From assembly GCA_038087875.1 (NCBI GenBank), contig CM075998.1:7070001-7134000 (forward strand): a stretch of 64,000 nucleotides of DNA, read 5' to 3'. Of this stretch, positions 25,414-37,553 are shown piece by piece. The position numbers and the translations under genes are program-made. The stretch comes from Malacoraja senta (taxonomy: Eukaryota). The notes under the pieces are model-generated. The model saw nothing but the letters and a program-made list of their open reading frames with translations. It did not search any database and was not told where the DNA came from. The number at the start of each line of letters is the position of its first letter. Positions within the stretch are counted from its first letter, which is position 1.

Positions 25414-26946
25414 ATTATACTGCATCTGCCATGCATCTGCCCACTCACTCAACCGGTCCAAGTCACCCTGCAACCTCCTAGCATCCTCTTCGCAGTTCAC
25501 ACTGCCACCCAGCTTTGTGTGATCTGCAAATTTGCTAGTGTTACTTTTAATCCCATCATCTAAATCATTAATATATATTGTAAATAGTTGTGGCCCCAGC
25601 ACCGAGCCTTGCGGCACTCCACTTCCCACTGCCTGCCATTCGGACAGGGACCCGTTTATTCCTACTCTTTGTTTCCTGTCTGCCAACCAAACCCTAACCC
25701 CAATACCATGTGCTCTAATTGTGCCCACTAATCTCCTGTGTGGGATCTTATCAAAGGCTTTCTGAAAGTTTAGATACACTACATCCACTGGCTCTCCTTC
25801 ATCAATTTTACTTTTCACGTCCTCAACAAATTCCAGAAGATTAGTCAAGCAGGATTTCCCCTTCATAAATCCATACTGATTTGGACCAATCCATTTACTG
25901 CTATCCAAATGTGCCGTTATTACTTCTTTAATAATTGACTCCAGCATCTTCCCCACCACCGATATCAGTCTAACTGGTCTATAATTCCTCGTTTTCACTC
26001 TCGCTCCTTTCTTGAAAAGTGGGATAACATTAGCTACCCTCCAATCCACAGGAACTGATCCTGAATCTATAGAACAATGGAAAATGATTACCAATGCATC
26101 CACGATTTCCAGAGCCACCTCCTTGAGGACCCTGGGATGCAGACCATCAGGCCCTGGGGATTTATCAGCCTTCAGTCTCATCAGCCTGCCCAATACTATT
26201 TCTCACCTAATGCAAATTTCTTTCAGTTCCTCTACCCCCTTAGATCCTCTGTCCTCTGGAACATCTGGGAGATTGTTTGTGTCTTCCTTAGTGAAGACAG
26301 AACCAAAGTACCTGTTCAACTGTTCTGCCATTTCCTTGTTCCCCATAATAATTTCACCCGTTTCTGCCTTCAAGAGACCCACATATGTCTTTACTAATCT
26401 TTTTCTCTTAACATACCTAAAGAAGCTTTTACTATCCTTCTTTATATTCTTGGCCAGCTTACCCTCGTACTACATCCCCATATTGCCCTTATTGTTACCT
26501 TCTGTTGTCCTTTGAAAGTTTCCCAATCCCACTACTTCCCGCTACTCTTTGCTTTGTTATACATCTTTTCTTTTGGTTATATTCCATCCTTAACTTCCCT
26601 TGTCAGCCACGGTTGCCTCTTACTCCCCTTAGAATCTTTCTTCCTCTTGGGACTGAAAGATTCTGCATCTTCTGAATTTTGTCCAGAAATCTCTGCCATT
26701 GCTGATCCACCGTCATTCCTGCTAGGATCCTTTTCCAGTCAACCTTGGCCAGCTCCTCTCTCATGCCTTCATGGTCCCCTTTGTTCAACTGCAAAACTGA
26801 CACTTCTGATTTAACCTTCTCCCTCTCAAATTGCAGATTAAAACGTATCATATTATGGTCATTACATCCCAGCGGTTCCTTTACCTTAAGTTCCCTTAAA
26901 TCTGGTTCATTAGACAACACTAAATCCAGAATTGCCTTTTCTCTGG
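25414..26946 (-). mobile_element. CR1 LINE internal fragment truncating the BEL integrase
   Basis: ORF 25381-26193 with RT motifs; APE C-terminus (AILDLVLSNEP, NDHN) near 26850-26945. Confidence 0.85.
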
Positions 26947-27530
26947 TAGAGATGTAGAGATGTAGAGATGTAGAGATGTAGAGATGTAGAGATGTAGAGA
27001 TGTAGAGATGTGTAGAGATGTGTAGATGTAGAGATGTAGAGATGTAGAGATGTAGAGATGTAGAGATGTAGAGATGTAGAGATGTAGAGATGTAGAGATG
27101 TAGAGATGTGTAGAGATGTGTAGATGTAGAGATGTAGAGATGTAGAGATGTAGAGATGTGTATAGATGTGGAAATGTAGAGATGTAGAGATGTAGAGATG
27201 TAGAGATGTAGAGATGTAGAGATGTAGAGATGTAGAGATGTGTAGAGATGTAGAGATGTAGAGATGTAGAGATGTGTGGAGATGTAGAGATGTAGAGATG
27301 TGTAGAGATGTGCAGATGTAAAGATGTAGAGATGTAGAGATGTGTAGAGATGTGTAGATGTAGAGATGTAGAGATGTGTAGAGATGTAGAGATGTGTATA
27401 GATGTGGAAATGTAGAGATGTAGAGATGTAGAGATGAGGAGATGTAGAGATGTGTATAGATGTGGAAATGTAGAGATGTAGAGATGTAGAGATATCGAGA
27501 TGTAAAGAGTTCGAGATGTCGAGATGTAGA
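26947..27530. repeat. (GTAGAGAT)n octamer tandem repeat, about 580 bp
   Basis: Directly visible; produces spurious HLYISTS-repeat ORF. Confidence 0.95.
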
Positions 27531-27552
27531 GTCATAGAGTCAATAAGCCATG

Positions 27553-28740
27553 TCATAATGTCATAAGTGATAGGAGCAGAATTAGGCTATTCGGCCCAAC
27601 AAGTCTACTCCACCAAGGACAGTTTAAAACTAAAAGAAAAAGCGTATTACATGGCAAGGATTAGTAGAAAACCAGAGGATTGGGAAGCTGTTAAAGACCA
27701 CGGTATCAAAGGGCAGATACTAGCATGGATAGCAGGTTGGCTGGATGGCAGAAGACAAAGCGCAGCAATAAAGGGGGCTTTTTCTGGTTGGCTGCCAGTG
27801 ACTAGCGGAGTTCCACAGGGGTCGGTGCTGGGTCCACTACTCTTCACGTTGTATATTAATGATTTAGATGAGGGGATTGAAGGCTCTGTGGTCAGGTCTG
27901 CGGATGATATTAAAATAGATGGAGGGGCAAGTGGTGTAGAGAAAGCAGGGACTCTGCAGAAGGACTTGGACAGGTTGTGAAAGTTTGCAGAGAAGTGGCA
28001 GATGGAACATAGTGTAGCAAAGTGAGGAGTCATGCATTTTGGTAGTGGGAACAAAGGCGTAGATTATTTTCTAAATGGGGAGAGAATCCAGAAATCGGAG
28101 GTGTAAAGAGATTTTGGAGTGATGTTGCAGGATTCCCAAAAAGTTAACCTGCAATTCGAATCGGTAGTGAAGAAAGCAAACTCAATGCTAGCATTTATTT
28201 CAAGAGGCTTGTATACAAAAACAGGGATGTGATCCTGAGGCTCTATGAGGCGCTGGCATTTGGAATGTTGGGAGCAATTTTGGGCACCATATCTGAGGAA
28301 GGATGTGTTGGCTCTGGAGCGGGTCTAGAGGAGGTTTACAAGAATTATCCCAGGAATGAGTAGGTGAACCTACGTTTGTCGGCACTGGGCCTGTAATCGC
28401 TGGAGAATGAGGGGGGACCTCATCTAGAAGAAAGGGGGGGGGGGGGACCTCATTGAAACTTACAGAATAGTGTAAAGCTTGGATAAAGTGGATGTGGAGA
28501 GGATGTTTCCACTCGTGGGAGAGTCTTGGACTAGAGGTCATAGCCTCAGATCTAAAGGACTTTCTTTTAGGAAGGAGATGAGAAATTTCTTCAATCAGAG
28601 GGTGGTGAATTTGTGGAATTCTTTGCCACAGACGGTTATGGAGGCCATCAGTGGATATTTTTAAGGAAGAGATAGATAGATTCTTGATTAGTACAGGTGT
28701 CAGAGGTTATGGGGAGAAGGCAGGAGAATGGGGTTAGAAT
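27553..28740. mobile_element. CR1 LINE with internal inversion (tail on minus 27553-27611, body on plus 27612-28740)
   Basis: ORFs 27567-27980 and 28479-28664 on plus; 3' terminus of the same subfamily on minus immediately to the left. Confidence 0.75.
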
Positions 28741-28811
28741 GGGGGCTAGTAAGACATGACCTACGCATACAAAGCCATGGTCAAAGTGCCAAATTAACCA
28801 ATTCTCTTCCA

Positions 28812-29082
28812 TGTGTGAGAGAGAGGTTTGTGAGAGAGAGTATGAAAGAGAAAGTGTGTGTAAGGGAGAGAGGTGTGTGTGTGAGAAAGAGGTGTCTGTG
28901 AAAGAAAGTGTGTGTGAGTGTGTCTGTTTGTGTGAGAGAGAGGTGTGTATGAGAGAAAGTGTGTGAGAGAGAGGTGTGCAAAAGGGAGGTGTGTGTGTGA
29001 GAATATGTGAGAGGTGTTTGTGAGAGAGGTCTGTGTGTGTGAATGTGTGAGAGAGAGTGTGTGTGTGTGTCAATGTGTGTGT

Positions 29083-29124
<42 letters not shown>

Positions 29125-29279
29125 TTGTGTGTGTGTGTGTATGTGTGCGTGTGTGTGTGTATGTATATGTGTGTGTATATATGTGTGTGTGTGTGCGTGT
29201 GTGTGCGTGTGTGTGTATGTATATATATGTGTGTGTGCGTGTGTGTATGTGTGTGTGTGTGTGTATGTGTGTGTGTGTG

Positions 29280-29367
<88 letters not shown>
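28812..29367. repeat. (TG)n/(GA)n compound microsatellite
   Basis: Directly visible. Confidence 0.95.
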
Positions 29368-29369
<2 letters not shown>

Positions 29370-30354
29370 AGGGACGGCGCAGAGGGAGTTTCACTCTCTT
29401 CGAGAGGGCCTGAGTTAATCAGTCAAATATCTATAACAAAATTAATTTATATAATTTTATATGTTCACATGTGTAAAAACAGAGAGGAGATTACTTGGTT
29501 TGTACGTTTAGCAATATCACATTCTTGGCATTGGCTGAAGAACATCAGTTCAAAGTAAAACTCTTGCAAAACCAATAAAGTTTGCAATGTTGATAGATCT
29601 CGCTGTTCCTCCTGTTTAGTTTAATTTATCTAAACTCTAATCTTTGGCTAAACAAAATCCTCCTCGTCTCCTTTCCAAAGGTATGTCCTTTTATTCTGAG
29701 GGTGTGCCCTCTGGTGCTAGACCCCCACACGAGTGGAAACATCCTCTCCACAGCCTACCCCTCCGGCCCCCACACCCCTCTCTCTCCCTGTCTCTGTACC
29801 CTCTCTGGTACAGTTTGAATCTTAGAGTGTGTGTTTACTAATCGTGATTCAATAACATCTGTACAAATGTTTACGACAGATTAATCGAACGCCCTAAATT
29901 AGACTCTCGAACTGTGCCGTAGGTTTATTTGCGGAAAGTTCATTATGTAAACTTGTTTAGTTTCCCAGCAATTCGATAAACTTTGGTCGACTGTAAACAA
30001 ACGAGACAGCGTTCAATTCTTATATAGGGTTTATCCAAGATTTCTCGCTCCCTCTTCTCCCCCTCCCCTCCCCACCCTCAGTGCCGTGCTCTCTCCTCAC
30101 TCCCTCCCCTCCAGCAGTGCGGCGTTCCCTCCTCTCCCCCTCCCCTCACGGATTGCGGCACTCCCTCACCCCCTCCCCTCACGCATTGCGGCGCTCCCTC
30201 TTCTCCCCTCCCCACCCGCAGTACCGTGCTCCCGCCTCTCCCCCTCCTCCCCTCTCGCAGTGTAGTTTGTGTGTAAATTGATGTGATTTTTGTATACATT
30301 CTGTGTAGTTTGTGTGTAGTGTGTGTGCAATTTGTGTGTAGTTTGTGTGCTCCT

Positions 30355-30587
30355 GCCCTCCGAGTTTGCGTCGACCAGCGATCACCCATGCACTACCCTA
30401 CCACACATGAGGGACAATTTACCGAAACCAATCAACCTATAAACCTGCACGTCTTTGGAGTGTGGAAGGAATCCGGAGCACCCGGAGAAAACCCACGTGG
30501 TACAAACTCGGTACAGACGGCATCCATAGTCAGGGTCGAACCTGGGTCTCTGGCACTGTGAGGCAGCAACTCTACCGCTGTGCCACC
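30355..30587 (-). mobile_element. HE1-like V-SINE
   Basis: A box tggcacagcgg, B box ggttcgaccc and V-domain on minus strand. Confidence 0.8.
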
Positions 30588-30815
30588 TAAACTGAAATAA
30601 ATCAAACTGAGCAAAACTAAGGTAAACTATTTTAACCTAAAGCTAAACTAAGGTAAACTGAGCTCGATTAAACTACACACAGCCAAACTATACTATGCTA
30701 AACTGAATGACACTAAGCTTAAACTAAACTTAATATAAACTAAACTAAATTTTAAACTAAACTAGAGCTCAGCTAAACTAAACTAAACAAAGCTCCACCA
30801 AACTGAACTTAAACC
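30588..30815. repeat. Degenerate (CTAAA)n array
   Basis: Pentamer identical to the SINE tail unit. Confidence 0.8.
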
Positions 30816-32206
30816 AATCTATCTATCATATCATATCTTCTATCTATATACTTTTAAAACTCTGTGTGTGTGTGTGTGTGTGTGTGTTTGTGGGTGTATG
30901 TCAGATTCGATTGTCAGATTCGATTTTCAGATTCGATTTTTGGCCTTTGATTCCTTGGTCCGCCAAAACCACACGCAAAAACTCAGAGATTTTTTCCATT
31001 TCGCTAGCGATTTCACTTTTACATGCGCAAATCCACTCCTCATTACATTTAGACATTTTTATGTACACATTTTAAAATAAAATCCTTCCCCCCCCACTCA
31101 CTCATTTTAAAATCTAAACGGGACTCAGCAGCCGCTGACGTCACAATGCACACATGCCGACCAATCTAGGCCCACCTGCCTCCAGTATGCCTCCAAGTAC
31201 GCTCGCGCCACGCCACCCGCTGCTGGACTCCAGCCCGCCCGCCCGCTCACTCCAATCCCCCCCCCCCTGTTCTCAAAATGCTCTGCAGATCGGGAGGTCA
31301 CCAGAGGTCACAGCCGGTCACTGGCTTGAACATGGCGGCGGCAGTTATTGTCACGCGGGGCTGGTCCCGATATCATACTCACCAATCAACTGGGCAGGAG
31401 GCGGGAAACCTGAAATGCCTCCGTTGTGAGTGCTGTTGAGGCTCTCCACGTCGCCCGAGGTCGGTCCCGTCAGAGCCGCCCGCTCACCGAGTTCAGATCC
31501 TCTCTCTCCCCATCCTCCTTCCCTCTCCCTCCCTCCCTCCCTCCCGCTGCAAACCCAACGCCAGTCACGCATCTCGCAAGTCCTTTGATAAAAACCTTGC
31601 GACCCCCCTCCCCCTCACTCTCCCTCCTCTCCCTCTCTCTCTCTCCTCTCTCCTCTCTCTCTCTCCCACCTCTCTCCCCCACCTCTCTCTCCCTCTCTCT
31701 CCCCCCCACCTCTCCCTTTCTCTCCCCTCCCTGTTCAGCCCGCTCCCTGTTCCCCCCTCCCAGTTCCTATCCCTCCCTGTTCCCCCCTCCCTGTTCCCCC
31801 TCCCCGTTCCCCCCCACTGTTCCTCCCCCTCCCTGTTCCCCCCCTCCCTGTTCCCCCCTCCCTGTCCACCCTCCCTGTTCCCCTCTCTCTCACCCCTCCC
31901 TCTCTCCACCTCTCTCTCCCTCTCTCCCTCTCCCCTCCCTCTCTCCCCCTCTCCACCACCTCCCTCTGCCCCTCCCCCTCCCTCTCCCTCTCCCCCCCTC
32001 CCTCCCTCCCGCTCCCTCCCCCTCCCTCCCTCTCCCTGTTCCCCCCTCCCTGTCCACCCTCCCTGTTCCCCTCTCTCTCACCCCTCCCTCTCCCCCTCCC
32101 TCCCTCTCTCTCCCTAACCCCTCCCCCCCTCCCGGTCCCCCTCCCTCTCTCTCCCCCTCCCTCTCCCTCTCCCCCCTTCTCTCTCTGCCCTCACTCTCTA
32201 CCCCCG

Positions 32207-32340
32207 TGTAGATTGGTTTATGCATGACAACCAATCATATATAGGTTACCATCACTAACCCCACCTTACTGTATCATTAAAGTCTGTATTTGGATTAAAG
32301 ACGATCTTAGATTACATGCCGTGTATATGTCTTATTTACA
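32207..32340. mobile_element. Candidate short solo LTR inside Helitron unit A
   Basis: 134-bp AT-rich island with TGTA...TACA termini, internal attaaa, flanks ccccg and ccccc. Confidence 0.45.
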
Positions 32341-32377
32341 CCCCCCCCTCTCCAGACGCGCCTGCGAGTTGGGGGCT

Positions 32378-32840
32378 CCCGCAACGGCGAGTTGGGGGCT
32401 CCCGCAACGGCAGCTACTCCCGCCCGAGTTGCGGGGGTTGGTGATGACCTGGAGCGCGGCCTGGCGGGGTCTGGCATCGCCCGGCGCGGCATTGGTGGCC
32501 GTGGGACTTGCGGGCGCTACCGGGGCTACAGCATCAAGACCCGGAGCGTGGCCTTGCATCGCCCGGCGCGGCTTTAAAGGCCGCGGGACATATCTACAAT
32601 CGCCCGCCGGGGGCTTTGACTTTGATATCGGGAGGAGAATGGGGAGTGCAGGGGAGAGATAAGACTTTGCCTTCCATCACAGTGAGGAGGAGATTCACTG
32701 TGATGGATGTTTGTGTAAATTGTGTTGTGTCTTGGTTCTTTTTACTTGTTTGTATGACTGCAGAAACAGAATTTCGTTTGAACTTAGGTTCAAATGACAA
32801 CAAATAAATATCAATCTATCTATCTATCTATCTATCTATC
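32378..32840 (+). mobile_element. Unclassified GC-rich SINE-like retroposon with (tcta)n tail, nested in Helitron unit A
   Basis: Interrupts the motif gagttgggggct|atgcgtcagtggatagg that is intact in units B and C; same family as 16399-16666. Confidence 0.6.
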
Positions 32841-33021
32841 AGTAGATAGGCCGATTATGGGGTAAAAGGAGCAAATTAACAATATTAATATATTAACAAG
32901 GGGGATAGTTAGTGTGTGTGTGGGGGGGGGGGGTTAATGTGTGTGACGCCGCATGCTGCCCCCCCCCACCACTCAACCGCACGTTGGGGGAACAGACCCA
33001 ACGGATCTGCACTTGGTCTAG

Positions 33022-34353
33022 CATACTTTTAAAACTCTCGAATCTCCTCGAAAACCAGACGGCGAAACGGGGACATTTTTACATATTTCAGTAGAGTGAT
33101 TCCTTGTGATTTTAGAAATCCACTCCTCTGTACATTTGGTACATTATTTTCCCGACTTTTGAATTAAAATTGTTGACCAACCTGGCCTTTTTTTTTTTTT
33201 TAAATATGACCGCTGTCCAGCTGCTGACATTACAATAACTTTACAATAACAATGAAATTTTTACATCTTCTGGTAGAAAATTTCCATATGATTTCAAAAA
33301 TCCAATCCTCTATGAATTTGGTCAATTATTTCCCGAGATATTTACTAAATCTTATCACCAAACTGACATTTTAAAAAAATGTTAAGGTTGCTCAGCTGCT
33401 GACCTCACAATGCCTTTCCTCGTGCCCCCCCCCCCCCCGGCCGCTCTGGATGAATGCAGATGCTGTCAACGCGCATGCGCAGTTTTCCATGAGGTAGTTA
33501 AAAAGGCGCAGAAAGACCGAGAAAGTTCTGTAACGCTGGCGGAAGCTTTTGGCAGTCCTCAGCACAAAGTCAATAGCTCGCTATAGGATCTTTGGTCCTC
33601 GGATCGCTCCGGTCTCGCTCGGGCCCCCCCGCCCTGCCGCCCCGTCCCACTACTCTCTCTCTCCCTCTCTCTCCCCCCCTCTCCCACTCTCTCTCTCTCT
33701 CTCTCTCTCTCCTCTCTCCTCTCTCTCTCTTCTGCCCCCCTCTCTCTCACTCCCTCTCTCTCTCTCCCTCCCTCTCTTCTCTCTCTCTCCTCCCGCTCTT
33801 TCTCTCTCCCCTCTCTCTCTCTCTCTCTCTCCCCTCTCTCTCCCCCTCCCTCTCCCCCACCCTCCTGCCCTCCTTCCCCTAAACCCCCTTCTCTCATCCA
33901 CCCCTCCCTACCCCCTTCCCCCCTCTCAGCCCCCCTCTCTCCCGCTCTCTCCTCCCTCTCTCTCCTCCCCTCACTCTCATCCCATCTCTCTCGCCCCTCC
34001 TCCCCCACCCTCCCTCTCCTCCTCCCCCCCCACCCCCTCTCCCTCTGTCTCTTGCCCTTCTGTCTCTGCCCCTCTCTCTCTGTTTCTCCCTATTCTCTGC
34101 CCTCACTCTCTATCCCCCCTCCCTCTCTAGACTCGCCTGCGAGTTGGGGGCTATGCGTCAGTGGATAGGGTGGTTATGGGGTAAAAGGAGTAAATTAATA
34201 ATATTAATATAATATCAAGGGGGGTAGTTAGCGTGTGTGCGAGGGGATAGTTAGTGTGTGTGTGGGGGTGGTTAGTGCGTGTGACGCCGCATGCCGCCCC
34301 CCCCCCGCCATCACGTTGGAGGAACAGACCCAACGGGTCTGCACTTGGTCCAG
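33022..34353 (+). mobile_element. Non-autonomous Helitron-like unit B
   Basis: Head catacttttaaaact; 3' hairpin cagaccc-aac-gggtctg (34325-34341) plus cacttggtCCAG. Confidence 0.75.
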
Positions 34354-34566
34354 TATACTTTTAAAACTGTGTGTGTGTGTGTCATTTGTCTCCGTGTCCA
34401 CGGCCCGATCCTCTGTAACGCTGGTGGAAGCCACGATCGGCCGGTCATCCACTGCTTTTGGCAGTCCTCAGCAAAGAGCCCATAGCTCTTTGGTCCGCAG
34501 ACTGCTCCGGGCTCGCTCGGGCCCCCGCGAGCTGCCGCCTCGCCCCCATCCTCTCTCTGTCTCTCT

Positions 34567-34597
<31 letters not shown>

Positions 34598-35270
34598 CCC
34601 CTCTCTCTCTCTCTCCCCTCTCCCCTCTCTCTTCCCCTCTCTCTCCCTCCCTCTCTCTCTCTCCCGTACCTCTCTCTCCCCTCTCTCTCTCCTCCTCTCT
34701 CTCCCCTCTCTCTCTCCCCCTCTCTCTCTCTCTCTCTCTCTCTCTCCCCCCCTCTCTGCCCCTCCCTCTCTCTCCCCTCCTCTCTCTCCTCCCCCCACTC
34801 CCCCTGCCCTCCCCATCCCTCCCTACCCTAAACCCCCTTCCCCCTCCCCTCCACCCCTCCCCTACCCCCTTCCCTTCCCCCCCTCTCAGGCCACCCACTC
34901 TCTCCCCTCTCTCTCCTCCCATCTGTCTCTCCCCTCCTCCCCACCCTCACCCACCCTCCCTCTCCTCCTCCTCCCCTCCAGCCCCTCTCCCTCTGTCTCT
35001 TGCCCTTCTGTCTCTGCCCCTCTCTCTCTGTCTCTCCCCATTCTCTCTCGACCCCCCTCCCTCTCTAGACGCGCCTGCGAGTTGGGGGCTATGCGTCAGT
35101 GGATAGGGCGGTTATGGGGTAATAGGAGCAAATTAATAATATTAATATAATATCAAGGGGGGTAGTTAGTGTGTGTGTGGGGGTGGTTAGTGTGTGTGAC
35201 GCCACATGCCGCTCCACCCCCGCAACCGCGCGTTGGGGGAACAGACCAAATGGGTCTGCACTTGGTCTAG
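34354..35270 (+). mobile_element. Non-autonomous Helitron-like unit C
   Basis: Head tatacttttaaaact; internal similarity to unit B; 3' hairpin plus CTAG at 35267-35270. Confidence 0.75.
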
Positions 35271-36286
35271 TCTATCTATCTATCTATCTATTATTATATA
35301 AAACTCTCTGGCTGTCGTCCGTCTGTACGGCTGTACGTCTGTACGTCCAACGTTCTGCTTGACTTTCCCGCCTTTGATACCGCCCCGCGCCCCGCGCGGC
35401 GCGCGGAAACGCCGATATTTGTTACCGTTTCTAAAGAGGTTACGTTTATCTTTACGAATAGACGATCCCGATTAAATTTGTTCGTGTTTACGTACGCTTT
35501 TTAAATAAAATACCTCTCCCCCCCCCAAAACCAAACATTTCAAAATGTTTAAAAAAACAGCTCAGCCGTAGAATGTTAGTAAAGATTCCGTTGTGTGATG
35601 TCACAATGCACAATGGTCACAGATGTCCAATCGGAATGGATCCATTTACATATGCCTTGGCAGCAGCCCCAGCCCCAGACCCTCCCACCCAACCCCCGCA
35701 GCATTGGGCATTGTGAGATCACAAAACGGAACCTTCATTTACATTCTATTGCTGAGAGCTGTTTGTTTAACATTTTGAAATGTCCCCATTCCCTATCCCC
35801 CCACACACGTGGTGACGCCCTGCGACACGTGTGACAAATCGGAATGAATCCGTTTACATATGCCTTGGCAGCAGCCCCAGCCCCAGCCCCTCCCCCCCAA
35901 CCCCACAGCCTGTGTCGAAGGGCGTCGTCACGTGTGTGGCAATAGAGAAAGAGGATTGGGGGTGATAGGGAATGGGTAACAGATGGACTGTCCCTACCCC
36001 TCATCCCCTCTCTCCACCTCTAACATCCCCTCCCCCCTCCCCCCTTCCTGCCCTCCCCGCTCTCCTCCCACTCCCCACTCTCCTCCCCGTCCCTCTCCCC
36101 CCACCCTGCTCTCTTCTCCCTCACCAATCTCTCAACTTTCCTCCTCCCCCTCTCTCCTCCCTCCCCTCCCTCCCATCTTCTCTCCCCACCCCGTCTCCCT
36201 CTCCCCCCTCCCCCCCGCCCCTCTTCTCTCCCAACCCGTCGCCACCCTCCACCCTCCCCCACACCTCTCTACCCTTCTCCTCGCCT

Positions 36287-36606
36287 TACAATACAATACA
36301 ATACAATACAAAGCACTTTATTCGTCCCCGAGGGGCAATTTAAAAGGGCGCATTACAGTAGCTTCTAAAAAAGAGACACAATCAACAAACATAAGCAGCA
36401 CGCATACTGCACAATCAACCAACACACGCATCTCACAGACACACTGCACAATCACACAACACACACAGCACATCTACATTCAACACATAGTAATAATCTT
36501 CAACACATAGTAACATCCTCTAAAGTGCTTCCTTACTGCTTCAACCAGAAAGTGCCTATAGAAGGCCATTTCACTTCACATGTTCGAGTCAGTGATCAGC
36601 ATTAAA
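36287..36606 (-). mobile_element. Rex1/Babar-like 3' UTR fragment
   Basis: Near-identical reverse complement of 1983-2300, including the (gtatt)n tail. Confidence 0.85.
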
Positions 36607-37337
36607 TTACCCACCCCCTCCCTCCCCTCTCCATCCCCTTCTCCTCACCCCTCTCCTTCTCATCCCCTCCTCCTCCCACCCCCATTACTCTCTCCCACAT
36701 CCCCCTTCCCTCTCTCACCCCGTCCCCTTCCCCCTACCCCGCTATCCCTCTTCAACCACTCCCCCTACACCTCTCCCCTCCCTCTCTCCCACTTCCACCA
36801 CTCCCCCTACACCTCTCCATCTCCCTCCCCATTCTTCCACTTAACTCCAAAACCCATCCCCATCTCCCTCCACAACCCCCTCCCCCACCCCTCTCCCCCC
36901 TCCCTTCTCTCTCACTCCCCACTCTTCCACTCTCCCTCCCCCACCTCTATCCCTCCCCCCTCCTTCTCTGCCTCTCTTCCCCCTACTCCTCTCCCCTTCC
37001 CCTCATCCCCTCTCTCCACCTCTAACATCCCCTCCCCCCCTCTCCCCCCTTCCTGCCCTCCCCGCTCTCCTACCACTCTCCTCCCCCTCCCTCTCCCCCA
37101 CCCTGCTCTCTTCTCCCTCACCAATTTCTCCCCTTTCCTCCTCCCCCTCTCCCCTCCCTCCCCCTCTCCGCTTCTCTCCCCACCCCGTCTCCCTCTCCCC
37201 TCTTCTCTCCCCACCCCGTCTTCTTCTCCACCCCTCCCCCGCCTGTGTTTGGGGGGTGGTTAGTGTGAGTGTGATGCCGCAGCCCCCCCTCCCGCAAACG
37301 TGCGTTGGGAAAACAGCCCGCCAACAGTCTCTCTGTC

Positions 37338-37553
37338 TTTAAGACAGAACTGCAGATGCTTGAAAATCAAAGGTACACAAAAAAATGCTTCATAACCTCA
37401 GCGGGTGCAGCAGCATCTATGTATCAAAATAAATAGACAACGTTTCGTGAAAACCCGTCTGAGGATGGGTTTCCGCCAAAAGCATTGCCTATTTCCTTCA
37501 CTCCATAGATGCTGCTGCACCCGCAGTGTTTCTCGAGTTTTATTGTGTGTACC
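37338..37553. mobile_element. Palindromic Penelope-pLTR-derived mini-element
   Basis: Inverted arms cagcgggtgcagcagcatctatg and catagatgctgctgcacccgc around a degenerate hammerhead core. Confidence 0.7.

Larger units (their letters stand above)
30843..33021 (+). mobile_element. Non-autonomous Helitron-like unit A
   Basis: 5' TCTATATACTTTTAAAACT; 3' hairpin cagaccc-aac-ggatctg, then cacttggtCTAG. Confidence 0.75.

Noticed and set aside
26603..27556. 317-aa ORF with HLYISTS repeats
   Set aside because: Translation of an octamer microsatellite fused to a CR1 fragment; not a gene.
28648..29558. His/Thr- and Cys/Val-rich ORFs
   Set aside because: Artefacts of the (TG)n microsatellite.
31426..37263. 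Many Pro/Ser/Leu- or Gly/Arg/Glu-rich ORFs
   Set aside because: They arise from stop-free C/T-rich tracts inside the Helitron-like units.
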